Below are positions 25,292-27,033 of a stretch of 27,033 nt of DNA, one piece after another (the stretch's first letter is position 1; each line of letters opens with the position of its first letter). The notes below the pieces were generated by a model. That model was given only the letters and a program-made list of their open reading frames with translations. It did not search any database and was not told the DNA's origin. The position numbers and the translations under genes are program-made. Origin of the DNA: Caulobacterales bacterium (GTDB taxonomy: Bacteria; Pseudomonadota; Alphaproteobacteria; Caulobacterales; Aquidulcibacteraceae); assembly GCA_040507435.1 (NCBI GenBank), contig JBEVOS010000329.1, forward strand, positions 1 to 27,033. Direction: 5' to 3'.

Positions 25292-26226
25292 GAAGAGGCC
25301 GCGAGCAGCGCTTTCGCTGCGATCACGTCATTGTCGATTTGCGCCGTCATTGCCGCGAGGCTGTCGAATTTGCGTTCAGGCCGGATGAAGCCGACGAAAC
25401 TTGTTTCCGACATCCGATCGTAAACGTCAGCGTTGAAATCGAACACAAAGGTTTCAAGGCGGGGCTCGGGCAGCGTGCTTGTCGTCGGATTGAGCCCAAC
25501 ATTCGCAACGCCAGCGCGGGGCGGCCCGCCTTCGATCGAAACGCGCACAGCATAAACGCCAAGGCGCGGGCGCACATAATCCTTGAGCCACACATTGATC
25601 GTGGGAAATCCGATCGTCCGGCCAAGCTGTTGGCCGTGGGACACGATCCCCTCGATTGCGAATGGCCGTCCCATCAGCGCAGCTGCGTTTTCAACGCCGC
25701 CCTCGGAAATATGCGCGCGGATTGATGTTGAGGAGATGCGCTCGCCTTGGTCCGTAATGGCTGGCGCCGCGCTCACCGTAAAGCCGAGCGTTTCGCCTTG
25801 TTGGCGCAGGGTTTCGGCATTGCCGCCCCGGCGATGGCCGTACTGAAAGTCGAAGCCAACGCTGACATGCTTGGCGCCGAGCTTTCCGGCCAATACGTCG
25901 CGTGCAAAAACCTCCGCAGGCATATCGGCAAGCGCCTTATCGAACTTGATCTCGAAAACGGCGTCCGCGCCGAGCGCCGCGATCGCACGGGCGCGTTGAG
26001 CGGCCGATTGAATCCGGAAATGACCGCCTTCTTGAAAGTAATGCCGCGGATGCGGCTCGAAGACAGCCGCGCAAAAAGGCGCGCCGCGCGCATGCGCATC
26101 ATTGCGAGCGGCGGCAAGGACAGCTTGGTGCCCGTGATGTACGCCGTCCATCACGCCGAGCGCGATCGATGCGCCGCGCAAATCGGAAGGAGCGGGCGCA
26201 AGCCCGTCGAGAACACGCACGCTCAT
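25288..26226 (-). CDS. ribF: Bifunctional riboflavin kinase / FAD synthetase
   Basis: DGVHHGHQ, FEPHPR, VGFDFQYG, ISSTSIR, GRTIGFPTIN, GVYAV, FIRPERKF; ATG 26226 overlaps the MaoC stop. Confidence 0.96.
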   Translation of the reverse strand: MSVRVLDGLAPAPSDLRGASIALGVMDGVHHGHQAVLAAARNDAHARGAPFCAAVFEPHPRHYFQEGGHFRIQSAAQRARAIAALGADAVFEIKFDKALADMPAEVFARDVLAGKLGAKHVSVGFDFQYGHRRGGNAETLRQQGETLGFTVSAAPAITDQGERISSTSIRAHISEGGVENAAALMGRPFAIEGIVSHGQQLGRTIGFPTINVWLKDYVRPRLGVYAVRVSIEGGPPRAGVANVGLNPTTSTLPEPRLETFVFDFNADVYDRMSETSFVGFIRPERKFDSLAAMTAQIDNDVIAAKALLAASS

Positions 26227-26663
26227 GCGGCTTTCCGCGGTGCGATAACGACTGCTTCGCCGTCCAAGACTTTTTTCCCGCCGACGCTGCATGTGCAAGC
26301 GAACGTGACGCGTCCGGTCTTCTCGTCGAGCGCTTTGACTTCGACGCGCGCCGTCACCTGCGCGCCGATTTTGACTGGCCGCAAAAAATTGAGACTCTGC
26401 GAAACGTAGATCGCGCCGGGCCCAGGCAAATCCATTCCCAAAACTGCGGAGATATAAGCGGCGGAAAGCATGCCATGCGCGATGCGTTCTTTGAACGCTG
26501 TCGTTGCGGCATAGGCGGCGTCGAGATGCACCGGGTTGCGGTCGCCCGAAACATTCGCGAATTGCGCGATTACATCTTCGGTAACTTCTGACACGCGCTC
26601 GGCGGCTTGCCCAATCGATAGCTCCTCAAAACAGAGCCCGGCGGGGGCGGCGCGTTCATTCAT
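26223..26663 (-). CDS. MaoC/PhaJ-family (R)-enoyl-CoA hydratase
   Basis: FANVSGDRNPVHLD, RIAHGMLSAAYISAVLG..LPGPGAIY.SQ.L.F..PV.IG. Confidence 0.93.
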   Translation of the reverse strand: MNERAAPAGLCFEELSIGQAAERVSEVTEDVIAQFANVSGDRNPVHLDAAYAATTAFKERIAHGMLSAAYISAVLGMDLPGPGAIYVSQSLNFLRPVKIGAQVTARVEVKALDEKTGRVTFACTCSVGGKKVLDGEAVVIAPRKAA

Positions 26664-26665
26664 GC

Positions 26666-26680
26666 TTAAGTCCTGCTTTA
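26666..26680 (+). promoter_or_regulatory. Possible CtrA box (7 of 8 positions match)
   Basis: TTAA-GTCCTGC-TTTA versus TTAA-N7-TTAA, in the maoC/cheY divergent region. Confidence 0.3.
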
Positions 26681-26856
26681 CCGAAAATTTCCGGAGGTTT
26701 GCTATTTATCTCAGTCAATGGTGGGCGCAAAGCCGGTCCCCGTTCTGAGGCAAAATGCCTTCAGACCGGTTAGCTGGAGGCGCAGACGAAAGCAGCCGGG
26801 ACGCGCTTTGGCGCAACTGTGTCCGCTTCGTTGGCAGATGGTGTTGGGAGCCAAGA

Positions 26857-27033
26857 ATGGCCGTTTCCTTGACGACGCCGATATTGGTCGTCGACGATTA
26901 CAATACGATGGTGCGCATACTGCGGAATTTGCTGCGCCAATTGGGTTTCTCCAATATCGATGAAGCCAGCGATGGTGCGACCGCATTGAACAAGATGCGC
27001 GCCAAGCCCTATCAGCTTGTGATTTCCGACTTC
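26857..27033 (+). CDS. cheY: CheY-like response regulator, 5' part (cut by the window end)
   Basis: Not in the ORF track. GGGAG SD at 26846-26850, then [59 protein letters not shown], including the acidic DD pocket and the phosphoacceptor Asp. Confidence 0.9.
   Translation, partial: MAVSLTTPILVVDDYNTMVRILRNLLRQLGFSNIDEASDGATALNKMRAKPYQLVISDF

Noticed and set aside
26718-26775. c-di-GMP-I (GEMM) riboswitch suggested by GGGCGCAAAGCC
   Set aside because: The upstream GGCAAAC...GNRA P1 hairpin is not visible; kept only as a generic structured leader pending an RF01051 search.
1-27033. CRISPR arrays, tRNA/rRNA genes, IS elements, intrinsic terminators
   Set aside because: No regularly spaced repeats, cloverleaf signatures, transposase motifs or convincing hairpin plus poly-U sites were found by eye.

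Overview
High-GC alphaproteobacterial chromosome segment; gene content and order suggest a Caulobacterales/Hyphomonadaceae-like organism (inference). The backbone is housekeeping: prs-pgeF-MidA-like methyltransferase-lgt, ubiK-ybjN-proC-TetR-like, uvrB, LOG, mutL, rsmD, a pseudouridine synthase, tadA, ribF-MaoC and a cheY cut by the right edge. Accessory genes are interspersed: (i) a low-GC pair at the left edge (an unlisted C-terminal fragment resembling an MBL-fold hydrolase overlapping a 4-TM protein), a candidate defence module; (ii) downstream of uvrB, whose start codon sits inside a perfect GTTC-N7-GTTC LexA box, a CGTC-type palindromic REP element, a GIY-YIG nuclease and an abutting TIR + putative winged-helix protein; (iii) an orphan DarB/StlD-like ketosynthase coupled to a lone non-catalytic M16 subunit, followed by a lower-GC LLM oxidoreductase; (iv) a TPR-glycosyltransferase and a membrane-anchored TIR-TPR protein. 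mutL has an in-frame TAA 16 codons before its conserved end. Two divergent genes overlap at their start codons. No tRNA, rRNA, CRISPR array, integrase or transposase was recognised. All family calls come from motif recognition by eye, not database searches.
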